A stretch of 64,000 bases of DNA from Eledone cirrhosa (lineage: Eukaryota): contig OZ024743.1 in NCBI GenBank assembly GCA_964016885.1, positions 177,568,001 to 177,632,000 on the forward strand, written 5' to 3'. A program made the translations under genes and the position numbers. Positions 41,301-55,341 of the stretch are shown here, piece after piece (the stretch's first letter is position 1; each line of letters starts with the position of its first letter). A model generated the notes under the pieces. That model was not told the DNA's origin and made no database searches. It saw only the letters and a list, made by a program, of their open reading frames with translations.

Positions 41301-43907
41301 ATAGGGTTTAGCAGAGAGTTAGCCTTAGAGAAAAACAAACTAGAAAGAGAACTAATAGCCAAGGTAGAGGAGGCACTTAGAAGTGTCAACGCGGCTAGAG
41401 TGTTAGCGTCGAGAACGGCACTGGACCAGTTTTTCGATGCGAAACATGAGGCTGCGTGGTCAGAATGAAAACACGTGCTCTAGGAAAGGAAGGAGGTAAA
41501 GCTGTCAGCTGGGCCCGAGTGGCGAAGACAAACATTGGCAACAAGTCCACGATTCGTTCTTTGAAAGATAAAAACGGACGCGTGCTACTTGACCCCAATC
41601 AAATGTGCGCGGTCTTTCAGCAGCACTTTGCGCGATATTTGAGCAGAACAACGGTGAGCCGAACGGGGCAATGGACTTTAGTTCATACCTCGACGGCCCG
41701 CCGCGTCTCTCGAACACGGACGCCGAGTTCTGCGATAGACCAATCATGGACACTGAGATACGGGACACTCTGGGCGCTGCGGGAAACGCATGTCACCCGG
41801 TCTCGATGGTCTACCCTATGAGTTTTACATAGGCATGCCGGACTTGTTCTCTGACGTCCTCAAAGCCGTCTACTGCAATTGGCAGCAGAACGGGAGAATT
41901 CCCAGTTCTGCAGGCAAGAGTGTAGTAACGCTGATCAGGAAAGACGAGAACAAGGAGGGACGAAATTAACAACTTAAGGCCCATAACTCTGCTCAACACA
42001 GAGTTAAAGATTTTGGCCAAGGTGCGAGCGACGAGGTTGGCGCTTGTCGTCGAGAACCTGGTAGGGAAAGCGCAAACGTGTGCAATCCCGACCAGGTCCA
42101 TACACGACAACCTCCATCTCATGCGATACATCATAGAGAGGGTGGGTAGTAAACCCGGCTTCGGTGGGGCTCTGATCAATTTGGATCAGTCTAATGCATT
42201 CGATGCGCTCGACCATCGATACTTGGAAGCGGTTCTCAAGGCGGCCGGTTTCGGTCCCGTTTTCAGAGGCTGGATCGAGGCGATGCACACCAGCATCTGC
42301 TGGAGGGTCAAGGTGAACGGCTACCTATCGGAGCCGTTCGCAATCACGCGTTCCATTCGACAGGGTGCCCTCTCTCCTCCATTCTGTATGTATTGACTCT
42401 AGAGCCACTACTGCGGAAATTGGAGCTGTTGCAGAGCATCCCTCTAGAACAGGGACTGTGCAAATCGGCGTCGGCTTATGCCGACGACTTCACGGTAATG
42501 GTGTCGAGCACCTCGGAAATCGGGTTGATCGGCAACTTACTGAAAGAATACGAAACGCTGACGGGAGCAAAACTAAACCCGGACAAGTCTGTCGGTTTGC
42601 AACACGGTACATGGAGAGGCAAACCGATGACCTCCGACAGCGTCGTTGGACGCTGGACGGACGGACCGGTGAAATTGCTCGGGGCCTGGCTCGATCCAGA
42701 CCTCCAGGTGGAGAAAAACTGAAACGAGGTGACGGCCAAGGTGCTTGCACTCACCGAGAAGTGGGCAGAGTGCAAACTGTCCTTGAAAGGTCGAGCGGAG
42801 GTGGCGAACACTTTCATAGCGTCCGTCATATACTACCGCTTGACTGACATGCCTTGTCACCGTGAACACCTCGCCAAAATGGAACGCATGCTCTTCCAGT
42901 TTCTGTGGAAGAAGCTGGCTCCGCTGGTGAGGAGATCCGTCTGCTGTCAGCACCCTTCCAACGGAGGGCTGGGAATGCCGTGGCTGATGATGCGCAAACA
43001 TGCGCTGAGGCTTGGGCATCTCCAGGTATTCCTCACCTACCCCAACCGGCGTGTGCACGGTGTGGGCGACGACGTCCTCGGAGGGACTCTGGGCGTCGAA
43101 GTCGATAAGCTCACCAGTCTGTTTGGTAGGACTTTCCGTCCGAGACCTATGGACAACTTCCAGAGGTCCCTGGCCTTGCAGTGCTACCGAAGAGCTCTAC
43201 CGGTTCGTGACAAGATCTACAGGCACGGACGCCCCGGCAGGGATCCTTCCAAGAGGACGTGTCGAAGATGCGCGCAGGACATTGAAACAGTTCTGCACGC
43301 AATTGTCCACTGCCCGGGCGTAACCGACCTGTGGAACTATGCAGAACAACTGCTGTCGCGTATGGGACAAATCCAGTTGACTGCCGAGTCCATAGTAAGG
43401 ATCAAACCGCCAAACTCTTTCAAAAACGAAAGAGAGGCGATTTTCCTCTGTACGGTGGCTATGGTGAAAGAAGTTATATGGTGGACGAGGTTGAGAGGAC
43501 TGAGGACAGATACCTTTCTCTCCGGACAACAATTGATTCCCTTCTTTAAGTATCATTTTAGAAGGAGAATCAGGGTGGAGAGAGAGGCACTGCACCCCAG
43601 TAAATTTCCTTAAAGGTGGGTGAATGAAGCGAAAATGGCCCGAGTGATTGGGCCTTCTCTGTTTATAAGCCTGTAGGTTGAAGAAGAGAGCAAAAGGAAG
43701 AAAGGATCACTTGCACAACACACTCCTGGAGTTGAGGGTTGTTCTATCGACGGGGTATTAAACAACCCATTTGTGGCGCTTCCCCCCTATTGGGGTTTCG
43801 ATTGTTGTAATTATTTGTTTTTATTTTTTTACACGACTGTATGTATTGTCCCCTTTTCTTGTGCGCCCTTGTGGCAAATAAAGAAATCTATCTATCTGTC
43901 TATCTAT
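38340..43907 (+). mobile_element. Tx1/L1-clade LINE copy C, apparently full length but degenerate (ORF1 remnant about 38520-40420; ORF2 40421-43676 with APE, RT, Zn finger)
   Basis: ORF2 starts MASLRVGSVNVRGLG; VYAPT, GEWN, SYLDR, YSDHK, YADD present; many stops and frameshifts; ends GTGGCAAATAAAGAAA(TCTA)n. Confidence 0.9.
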
Positions 43908-44152
43908 CCACACGTACATAACTGTCTTCAGTATTATTACACAATAATTGAATGTGCTTTCATCTAACATCTGCTTCCATATGAAATCTTTGAAAGAAAA
44001 AAAAATAATATGATGGGTCTCGTGTGATAATATCTGAGGTAAAGTGTGCGTATGTGTGTGTCTACTATGATAGTGTGTGAGGGAAAGTGTGTGTGTGTCT
44101 ACTATGATAGTGTGTGAGGGAAAGTGTGTGTGTGTCTACTATGATAGTGTGT

Positions 44153-44185
<33 letters not shown>

Positions 44186-44431
44186 AGTGTGTCTATGTAT
44201 GTATGTATGTGTGTGTGTGTATGTCTGTGTGTGTGTGGGATCATGTCTATGTGTGTGTATGTGTGTGTGTGTATGAATGTGTGTGATGTGTGTGAGCGTG
44301 TCTATGTATGTGTGTATGTGTGTGTGCGTGTGTGATCGTGTCTATGTGTGTGTGTGTGTGTGAATGTGTGTGTGTGTGTGCGTGTGTGTGAATGTGTGTG
44401 TGTGTGTGAGCGTGTCTATGTATGTGTGTGA

Positions 44432-44510
<79 letters not shown>

Positions 44511-44738
44511 TTCCGTGATAATGTCTCAGTGTAAGTGTGACAAGAAGATGTATTATTCGTTCATCCTACTGTTTATGAATATCTCAATAACTTCTATTTA
44601 CTTTCTAATAGCCACTAGCATCACCGATCATGTTCCCATTTGAGTTACATTTGATTACAAACGAAATGGCCAAATTCAGAGACATTTGTTTTACAACTTT
44701 GGTCATTTCTATTGAAGAGATTATAGGAAATATCTTAC

Positions 44739-44829
44739 CTTTATAGCCACCTTTTGTGGTAGATTCTCTCTAGTATTTGGTATAATCGTTCCTTGGTATA
44801 CTTCGCCAAACGCACCTCGTCCGATATGT
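44739..44829 (-). CDS. ALK: ALK/LTK-like kinase exon (Gly-rich loop, VAIK): (R)HIGRGAFGEVYQGTIIPNTRENLPQKVAIK
   Basis: 91 nt, ttttag acceptor and gtaag donor, phase 2/0. Matches human ALK exon 21. Confidence 0.94.
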
Positions 44830-45059
44830 CTAAAAATACACAGTTGATAAATGTTTACGATGTGAAAATCCGACAACAAACGGTAATAAATGTCTAATTA
44901 TTATTTTACCGGTAGTGGAGTCAATTGAAACGAAGACATAGAAGGCAAACGCTCAATATGACCGGGCACCCAGTTGAGAATTTCTATCACGTAACAAACT
45001 AGTGTGTCATTGTGAACGAGAATGTTGTTGGGGGAAAATAGATAAGCTAAGATAGTAAC

Positions 45060-45340
45060 CGGCGATAAGAGGAATCAAATGTAATATGCAAGAAAAAAGA
45101 CTGCTCTCGTGCGGACATGTGATACGCATGGATGTTGAGTGTTGGGTAAAAAAACGTCGGGAGTTCTTAGTGGAAAAAAACTGCAGTGGAGGAAAGCTAA
45201 GGACGGTATGGGTAGATGAAGTGAGAATCACAAAGCAATGAATCTGAGAATGGTGTTGTGAAAGGAACGCTGTGCTGGTAAAGATATGTCCATCCCATGC
45301 AAGCATGAAAAGGCGGACGATGATGATGATGATGACGACG
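45060..45340 (+). mobile_element. Degenerate RTE LINE 3' end with (GAT)n tail
   Basis: QEKRLLSCGHVIRMD..GKLRTVW followed by CCCATGCAAGCATGAAAAGGCGGAC(GAT)n. Confidence 0.65.
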
Positions 45341-45370
45341 AGGATATATAACATACATCAGAAATATCCA

Positions 45371-45488
<118 letters not shown>

Positions 45489-47329
45489 GTGGTTACACAA
45501 CAGTTAGTTCACCATACGTGGCCAACGATAAGCTTTGCAGTGCGGACAAACAGAGGCAAAGAGACTCCCTGCATTGTATTGTGGCATTATGGAAAGAATA
45601 GTTTGTTCTTGGAAAGGTTCATCGGAAGGATTCTTTGCCAGACCTTCAATTGACCTGTTCCTTCCTCTCTGAACGTTTGATGTATTTGTTGCAAGTTGTT
45701 GTTGGTGTGTTAACTGAATTACATTTGTAGAAATGTGTTGGGATGTTGTAGAGCGATTATTGTTTCATTGATTTGCCCTCATCTCTCTTTGTCGTTGTGC
45801 GTCTACTGCCATGAATTGGGATTTAGATGATAAATGTATTCTGCGTCCCATATTTACTTTCTGTCATGTATGTATATATGTTATCTCTACGGTGAAATCT
45901 TAGAAATAAATATATGTTAAAACAATATATATCTATATTATTCAAAATATTAACAAATGAAGATATTCACATAATCAAAATATATGCTTTATTATATATA
46001 TTTCGAAGGTACTGTGCTGTTTTTTCAGTACGTCTTCGTCAGGTAAAATATGTGATTTGATATATGACATACCGCTACGGTCTTGATAGTTCAAATCCAG
46101 TATTGGCAGTGATTTATTTCATCAAATCTCAACATTTATATACCACAAATAATAATATGATAAACTTAAAGAAGAAAAGGACGTGGAGCGAATTAGAGAT
46201 ATAAGAGAGGATGTAAAGAGGAGGAAAGGCAAGAAAAAAATAAATAAATAGATACATTAATATTTAAATGAATAAAAATAAATAAATGGATGGATGCATA
46301 GAGGAAGAAATATATAAAAATTAAAAAGAAGAAAGAAGAAATAACGACAAAAGAAAAGGAATGTGTTTGGAAAGTAAAAGGAAGGGGAGAGTAAATAAAA
46401 ATAACGGAGCATCAAATATAGGGGGATAGGTAGAAAAAAAACTGTTGTTTTAAAATATTAGGTCAATTGAGGCAACCAATCAATTACCATAAACCATTGA
46501 ATATCTCTTGTATTTGATTATGCTTAAGCTAATTATACTTATATATTATATCAAAATTAATCAATATACATTACTTTCTATAGCCGTCACGTATTTAGGT
46601 TAATTAAAATTTATATAATTTAATTTAATTCATTTTAGATTATAATTTTTGGTTTAGGTAATATATTCCTTAAGTATTTTGTTACAACTTTAAAATTTTT
46701 TATCTTTAAAGCATATTTAAATAATTATTAAACATGTATTAAAATATATATTAAAATACATGCATATATCACCATCAATATATATAATATATTAAGATCA
46801 TTTATTATCCGAATTATTTAATTTAATTAGGACATTCTCTTTATAAAATCATTTCTATTCTTTAATTATCATTTAATTACAGGAGTAAATTGCAGTTATA
46901 TTTACTCTCAAAAGTTTTATTTCGTTAATTTATATTTACTTCTGTAATTACTTATTATTATATATAGTTTCCTTTTAAAAATATTTTATATTATTAAACT
47001 GCATAATTCATGTCAAATATAATTTGGCAAGCTATTCAAACAGAATAAAAATATTTACGAAGAATGTAAACAAAAGGAAGATAACTCATTCAGCATATGT
47101 GAACATTTAAACCATGTATCTACTCTGAAATCAAGTGATATTTCAAAACCATAAATCAACAATTGTCTAGTTAAATATTGAACTGTCTTAATCAAAACAT
47201 AGGATACTGAGACTCTTAATGAAATTATTCTAATAGATAAAACATAAAAAATTATTACCCCAGTAAGGGAAACATTATATATATATTTTTAAAATTATTA
47301 AATGTCAATATTTTTTCGAAACTTGTACA

Positions 47330-49451
47330 ATGCCTGGAATGTTTTACCGATCTTATGTTGGCAGCTGCTGAATAATTCACTTTTCTTGTTAATTAAATTG
47401 TCATAATTTGAAATTATCAATAGTGTCTCAAGATTGCAAAGATTGCAATTTAGCGAAATGGATGCGTTCCGATAGGAATTGGCATTCTTTAACCGAGTCC
47501 AAGAGATTGAGTATTTAATATTCTTGTCTTTTAAAGACCATATTAATTGTGAGAGTGAGGTTGAAAATGTTTATCTGGTTTAGAAAAGGAATGTTTATGA
47601 TTGTACCAACGATCCTTAAATTTAGATGAAGTGGCACCAATGTGGTTATATATATTATTAGTTGTCTTAATGGTACATTTATATACTAGATTCTTGTCAA
47701 GGCAGTTATTTTGTAAGGGACATTCTGACTTCCTTCTACAGTTACATTTCTTCTCGATGTTATTTCTATACCCTAAACTATTCATATTATTATTATTATT
47801 ATTTAAAGGTGTTCTACTATTATTTGTATTTAAACTATTATTATTGTTATTCCCATTAACTAATGTATTGTTATTATTATTTTTATTATCGCTAATTATA
47901 TGTTGGTTCAAATTAAGATTTTTACTATTTATTTTTGCTATATTTTTAGCAATATTCATAGTTGTTGAATAAGAGAGTTTAACTGTGTGTCTATTGAAGA
48001 TAGAGTAATATTTATGTGATCTAGGGAAGCATTTATCCAAGGCTTTAAAAAATAAGTGTGCTAAAGGTGTTTTAATAGCTAAATATGCTGGCGGAGCATA
48101 CCAAATTATAGCTCTAGTTCTTTTTTTCCCCCGATTTATTCCTCAAGTGTTGTTTTTATAGTCATTTTTACTATTATTATTATGAATACTGTGATTATAA
48201 TAAACATTATTTTCAGTATTTGTTTCTATATACTCAATATTATTGTTATACCCAGCTTTACGTAACGCTTCATTATAATATGCGGCTTTACTATTAAATA
48301 TGGATCTATTAGCAGATAGTCTGGATATTCGTTGTTGGACACTGTTGACTATTGCATTCTTAACACTTTTAGGATGATTAGAATAAAAATTAACATAATT
48401 TAAGTTCTCATTGAGTTTATGAAAGGATAATAAAGGCATGTGTTCAAATTAAGAGTTACATCTAACAAATTAACTATTTTATTGTTATTTTCTAATTCTA
48501 ATTTCAGGTCGTAATTTAAAAAAAATTCTATAATTACTTTCTTACTCTATTTAATTAGCTATTATTATTTTTTTCTACAATAAATAATATGTCGTCTCTA
48601 TATAAACCACCGGTAATCTCCGGCAGTTTTCTATTTATCATGTTAAGGATGAAAATTCCCACAAGATCGGTAACTTGCGCCGAATCAGACGAGCTCATAG
48701 TAATGTCAAAGTTCTTCTGCCTATCCGATCTGGTCCAAAGATCATTATTAAAATCTATCAAGGCTCGCCTTGCTGTTAAAATAATATTTATCTCATCACT
48801 AGATAGATCCGTTTGTTTATATGCATATGATAGCGCCTTATTTAATAGGTTAGGAGTTATCGAGGAATAATTACTCGCTATGTCCATTTGAATGAACTAT
48901 GATTATTTTTATTTTCGATATTATTGCACCAATGTATGACTTCACTAGTGCCCTTCCATAGGTTTTGCCTTGACCTCAATTTAAGCGTTGGTAAAATCAT
49001 ATCTATTATGTTTTTACTAATTATTCCGAGATCTGATTTCGAAGGTGCAATAAGTCTAACAGGTAAGTCCTCTTCGAAATTTCTTTTATGGTCTTTAAAA
49101 TTTATCCGCGGTTGCCTTGGTTTGAAAGGTTCAGTTTTCCGCTCTATTCCAAGATTAGTGATCATTTCAAACTTTGTTCTTTCAACCCCAAATAGGTTGT
49201 TCGTTTTGTCTGATTTCAATAATATTTTATTTACTTTTTGTATATAATTAATTTTTCCTTTAGACCTCTAAGGTATTCATGGCCCCTATACGTTCTTTTT
49301 TTATTTTATATTCCTTAATATATTTATAATTTCGTTTTCGAAATTAGTTGTAAGGAGGGTTTTTCCTAGATTTAAAAATATACTCGAAATTATGGTTGGT
49401 GTTCTTCTTATCCGTTTCCTCTTTATTTTCAAAGTGGAAAGCACGCCACCG

Positions 49452-49453
<2 letters not shown>
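47330..49453 (-). mobile_element. Penelope-like element (RT plus C-terminal GIY-YIG), degenerate, with Asn-rich inserts
   Basis: RWRAFHF, KSDKTNN, FKDHK..VRLIAPSKSDLG, GGLYRDD, SNHPKSV, CNCRRKSECPL..LVYKC..HIGAT..FKDRWYNHKHSF. The 5' end abuts (TA)n. Confidence 0.88.
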
Positions 49454-49524
<71 letters not shown>

Positions 49525-49706
49525 CTCACACACACACACATATATATAGAGATATCAGTATGAGGTAGTCATAACAACAGTGGTAGCAGCAAAACGCGCA
49601 TCAAAGCGATATGTCACAGTCATTCTATCTATCTCTGTCTCTCTCTTCATAATAAAGAAATGATGTTGGAATTTGAATTCGTAAAAGCTGAGTATATTTT
49701 AAAAAT

Positions 49707-49813
49707 GTCTCTGATGATCTGGTTAAGCTAACAACGTATTTAAAATTGAGTGGCACAGCTTCAAGTGTTCAGCAATTTTTAGACAACTTAATCAGTGAAA
49801 CAATTGTTAAGAC
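49707..49813 (+). ncRNA. Hammerhead motif with long stem-II insert (homologue of 29934-30042)
   Basis: GTCT CTGATGA t CTGGTTAAG..(about 59 nt)..CTTAATCAG t GAAA C AATT G TT a AGAC, then AATAAA. Confidence 0.7.
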
Positions 49814-51874
49814 TGTAAATAAAACCCCCTTTTTTGTACTGTTGACCATGTCATTCTTCACTCTTTCAATATTATTACTCCAAGATAAACTTACATAGGA
49901 ATACAAGAGAACTCATAAACTCGCCACCTACGGAAACCGCTTGTTGAGTCAAACAACGCCTTACGCTAAAACTATCCACAATACAAAGTATTCACAACCT
50001 CTACCTGGATTACCTATAACGATATTTTGTTATCCCTTATATATATATATATATATGTTACAGTCCCTCCTCTCTTTATATACTCACACATACAATCTTT
50101 CTTTCTCATTCTAGCAATTTTATAAAACCAAAGAACAACAACATACACACAGGCACACGCACAGCGTGTTGAAAAAAATCCAAATCGCTTCATCTTTCTC
50201 TTTCACTCTCTCTCTCTCTCTCTTTCTCTATGTATAGTATAGATATACCGGAAGTATTGAAATTTGAATCTTTTAAAAGAAGTGAATCTTGAAATATGCA
50301 ATAATATTTTCAATATATGTTTAATCATGTGTTACGAAATTTAGTAGGCAAATTATATAATATTCATTCATTATTTACTCAAAGTAATCCAACTTATTTT
50401 ACAAACGGAATAAAAAATTATATTCTGGACGCAGTCCCGCACTCCTTACTTTACTATAGTTTAGATTATAACACTTGCTAAAGAAGGGTTCACTAGATTA
50501 AGCACACCCTACTCTCTTTTATAAGAAATGACACATTGTGTATCATAATTTCAGATAAACCACAACGTGAGATGATCAACGCTGGAACACTTTTAATTAT
50601 ATATTTATTCAAGTGGGGCTGATATATAGCTAAAGGTAAACTACAAGATGATATTTTATTGGCGAGAGGGGGCTTGACACAAGGGGACACATGTTCGATG
50701 AAAGCACATTTGATTAAATTATTGAAGGAATGAAAACGTAAAATTGATTTCGGTCGAGTTCTCAATATTCTGGTATCTAACACCGTACCGTTAGAAATGT
50801 TAGTTTGAAATCATATTGAAAGAGCACACTTGAAAGGGAGAAGTAGTGTAGTAGAATTATTCGACTCTAGAAATGTATATCTTAATTATTCTAGCAATCC
50901 CAGAAGTTAAATGACTGGTCAGTCCATTTAAGATTGGAAACCAGATCAGCTAGGGAGGGGCACTAAGTAATTTTGTGTCTATCACCCGACAGGTTCTGCC
51001 ATTCGCCACCTTTATAATTAAAAATGTTATTTCATTAACTATAATTGTTTGGAAGCATTCTGAAGTTGTTCTTCTATAATTTGTTTATTATTATTCAGGC
51101 TTCACATACCGGTGACTAACCGTTGTAGGAGTTTTTATTCATATAACTATATACGTAAGTAAGACTGTGGCTGCTTAAATCAGTCCACAAACACTTAGCA
51201 AACACCCTAAGCCGAACGCCAACCTGTACTCATAAAATTAAAGTACCAGTAACGCACTAGAGCCGATTTAACCGACTTGCTTCTTTCTCCAAATTTGTTG
51301 GCCTTGTGTCTAAATGAGAAATCATTATTACCGTTGCATCTACTGTAGTAATCCACCGAATTATCAAAAGAAATTTTAGGAGTAGTTTGAATTCAGTGAA
51401 GATCTATACCAATTCTAGAAAAAAGTTAGGGAAATCCGTCGATTACATAACATACGATGACTCATATATATTTATAAAGATAATAATGAGCTGTAGATTC
51501 AATAGATTAAGAGATACCCAGCTATGTTTTAGCTTGCTATCATGATTAAATTACATAGCTCTCAGTCTATCAGTTTCACTATGTTTAAGAACCGTAACCA
51601 GTCATTTTTCGTTGCTGTGTGTAGCAACAACAGTAGCAATGGATAACCGAGGAAATTTCCGAAATCGACTTGTTCCTTAAATATATCCTGATGTGTGTTA
51701 TTTTGCCTCAATTATCTCATATATAGAGTTTAGTGTATATACCTAACGCAACGGTACACACAGTCATGATGACAATCCACTCTTGATATTATAGCAATCA
51801 ATTATATTTCCGTAACCTACGATATTGAGAATCAATTCCATCAAATCTTATGTGATAGAAAATATAATAGTTAC

Positions 51875-52058
51875 CGGATACATTTTATTTGTTCCCGTGG
51901 AATTTGTTTGATCTCCATTTCCGGATTAGATATATTCAAAGCAGTGTACGATGCATTCATCTGCATTACAATGCGGTTGATATGACTCGGTGTGGCCTTA
52001 GAACCTGTACAATGCTCAAGCATCGCAAGATTCAAACGTCGTTTTAACAGATGATACA
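51875..52058 (-). CDS. ALK: ALK/LTK-like juxtamembrane exon: YHLLKRRLNLAMLEHCTGSKATPSHINRIVMQMNASYTALNISNPEMEIKQIPREQIKCI(R)
   Basis: 184 nt open frame, ttgcag acceptor and gtaac donor, phase 1/2. Human ALK exon 20 is 187 nt, begins (V)Y and ends KEVPRKNITLIR. Confidence 0.85.
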
Positions 52059-52795
52059 CTGCAATAACAAAAGTAAGGTAAGTAATAAGAAGACACAATC
52101 AAATATTTTTAATTAAAAGTATTCTAATTATAATCAATTTCAGTTTTAATTCCAGGGTTGAACATAAATATTTAACTTTCAGGATCAAGGCGGATATATA
52201 TAATAATTATTATGTCTGATCATTAAGAGTATAGTTGCATTTGTTTAAAGATTTCTTGACTTACTAAATTAACCTTTTCATTACCATTTTTCTAATGAAT
52301 TAATTGATATGAATCAATAATATCACGGACCTCATACCGAGTGAGGTGGAACTTATCAAATCTTACCAAGGTAATAATGTTTCCATTGGTCTTTCCAATT
52401 GCTAATTCTAACTGGCAGAAGGAGCAATGTGAAATAAAATGTCTTGCTCAAGGACATAATGCATCACTCGAAATCGAACTCACAACCTCACGATTGTCAA
52501 TCCAACTCTTTAATTACTAAACCACATGCCTTCACTTTTTTGTGAAAGACCCTGCTTAAATCGTTGTGGAAATAATCAAGAATCTGATGGAATTTTGTAA
52601 TATAACTGACTGCCTTTTTCATCATTAAGCTGATGGTTCAAGTATAACTTAGCAAAAGTCCATACTTAAAAGTATGACAATAGGACATTAAAATACACAG
52701 TTTAATATCATAGAACCAGGAGCATTTTCAGACGGCTAAGTTATGTTACATAAACGTACACAACCAAAACCGACACATACACACATAATCTTTGT

Positions 52796-52877
<82 letters not shown>

Positions 52878-52878
<1 letters not shown>

Positions 52879-54873
52879 TAGGTGTGGTACCCGGCGTTGC
52901 ACGGGTAAGGTATTTTGTAACGCGGGCCGCCAACAAACCTAATCGTGGTAAAACTGCATGCCTCGGCAATATGTAAAGAAAATAAACCGAATACTCTGAT
53001 GGCTTGATAATCTTTAAGATTTTCTCCGATGAAGCACGTTTTTATCTAGGGCACCAAGAAAATGAATTTTTTTAATGTTCATATGCTTTGAAATTTCTGG
53101 AAAATCGGCTAGACGTAACGCCTAAAAAAAGCCCTAATAATCTGAAAAAATAAAGTTTTTCACCTAATGCCGGCTCTAGGCCATAAAAAAGTTGGATTTT
53201 ATTTGCTCACGGTATGAAAAAGAGACTGACTAATACATAGTTACAATTTCAAGGAAATCGGTCTGACGTAACGCCTCAAAATACCGCTAAAAAGCTGAAG
53301 AAAAAACGTAGTTTTTCACTTAATGCGGGCGCTAGGGGATCAAAAAGTTCAATTTTTAATGTGCATAACACTCCCAAAACATAACGCGGGCCGCCAACAG
53401 ACCCAATCGTGGGAAAACTGCATGCCTGGACAATATGTAAAGAAAATAAACCGAATACTCTGATGCAATTAGTATTAGGTATGCTTCTCCTTCCACGTGG
53501 AGAAAATCGGCTTGGTGCTTTAATAAAGTGGCATGAGTCAGCAGGACAGATGTCACCACTTATGTCAGAGGGAAGTCTGCAATGCTTGAGCAAGGCATGA
53601 GTGCAATCAAACAGCATGTGGAGCCTTCTCGAAGGAGTCCACCGCACCTTAGTAAGTAAACGCAACTGGACAAATGTTTACCAAACTGTGGGTATAATTT
53701 AACAAATTTAAAGAGGAATAGTGCAATAAAATGGGCCCCGAGGCGTGTGCCGTTCACTGGCAGCCCTAAACGAAAGGATCGCCATCAGCTATTTCAAGGG
53801 CCCTTAAAAGGCTCGTGTAAGCCGTTCACTGACACCCCAGTAAGGAGTGGTAACCATCAACAATTTCAAGTGGTGGGCCTAAAAAGGGCTATGTGAGCGT
53901 TCAATTGTAGCCCTTAATAGTGACTTTGACTGCGTTCTCTGATATTTGAAGGAGGGCGTTACGGTTGCTTCCACTGGTAGCCTTTAGAATGAATCAGAAT
54001 GCGTTCGCGGTCCGTTTAACAGCCATACATTGACGCGCCGTGTGCGAAGCTGAAGGTCCATCTCTGAAGGTAGTCACCTGAAGCCGAGGGAAATGTATTT
54101 CAGGTAACAGGCCGGTGCGCGACGTTATATGTTTGTATCTAAAAAGAGGAAGACTAAGAATTATAGAGATAATTCGCTAAATCGCCTAATGCGGTCCCTA
54201 GGGCATTGACAATTTGAGATTATTTTTGCTCAGAACACTAAAGGTTGGGTTTTCTTTGCTCACGGTATGAAGAAGAGACTGACTAATACACAGTTACCGG
54301 CTTTCATTTTTAGTGTTGTGTGAAATATATAACCGCCTTAGCTAAGCTTAGTATTGCCACAACCACGGTTGGCAAAGAAGTAAGGGCCTGGTGATACGTA
54401 AGTAAGCAACACTGTGGCTTAAAACGTGAGGAATAAGTTGTGTGCACTTACCAACTGTTTGGGGAATGGGTATGAGATTTGTCTTGAGCAAGGTTGGCAA
54501 AATAACCGGAGGCAGCAGACAGCCAGACATACAGACAGATATTATAAGGGCGCATTCTGGACGGAGAGGGAATTGTGGGAAGTGACGTAATGCAGACAGT
54601 CAGACATACAGACAGATATTATAAGGGCGCGACGTTATATGTATGTATCTATCTAAAAAGAGAAAGACTAAGAATTATAGAGAGAGATCGCTAAATCGCC
54701 TAATGCGGTCCCTAGGGCATTGAAAATTTGAAATTTGTTTTGCTCAGAACACTCCCTGAAACATAAGTATTACATGTGTAAAGTTTGAAAAGAGTTGGTT
54801 GGGTGGTTCTCGAGTTTTAGGGATTCAAACTCACGAACACACAGATAGACATCCTCAGTATTATATATATAGA
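52878..54873 (-). mobile_element. Non-autonomous Helitron of about 2 kb with internal duplications
   Basis: Minus strand starts A|TCTATATATATAATACTGAGG and ends ACCCGTGCAACGCCGGGT hairpin..CTAG|T. Internal repeats 52920-53000/53383-53463 and 54117-54240/54627-54750. Confidence 0.8.
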
Positions 54874-54884
54874 TAACAAACAAA

Positions 54885-55073
54885 GAGGGTGTGGTAAGAT
54901 ACCAGGTGGACCATAATGTACCAGAGTACTCAATAATTAAGGTAGTAGAATGGGTAATAGGAAAATAGTCAGGATCCCAACGGCTGAGCTCTGGCCGTTT
55001 CCTCAGCTAGATCCCAACTGTTCGGATCTAGCTGTCGAAACCACCGGAGCTCAGCCATCGGGGTCCTGACGCT

Positions 55074-55133
<60 letters not shown>

Positions 55134-55328
55134 CGACGGAAATGTGGTAAGGAACCAGGTGGACCATAACGCACCCAAGTACTCAATACTTAGGGTAGTA
55201 GAGTGGGTAATAGAAACCAGTAAGACCCCGACGGCTGAGCTCAAGCCGTTTCGACGGCCAATTCTCAGAATCGAGAATTAGCCGTCGAAACGGCTTGAGC
55301 TCAGCCGTTGGGGTCTTACTGGTTCCTA
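54885..55328. repeat. Two copies (54885-55075, 55131-55328) of a roughly 200-bp (TA)n-anchored hairpin element
   Basis: Shared TGTGGTAAG..CCAGGTGGACCATAA..AGTACTCAATA..GGTAGTAGA..GGGTAATAG followed by a long inverted repeat. Confidence 0.8.
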
Positions 55329-55341
55329 TATATATATATAT

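Noticed and set aside
45965-46055. Hammerhead-like CTGACGA..GAAA on the minus strand downstream of the 47-49 kb PLE
   Set aside because: Stems II and III are plausible but proximal stem I does not pair; treated as decayed and not counted.
52365-52740. Candidate transmembrane exons upstream of the juxtamembrane exon
   Set aside because: The AG..GT-bounded segments examined contain stops or are not hydrophobic.
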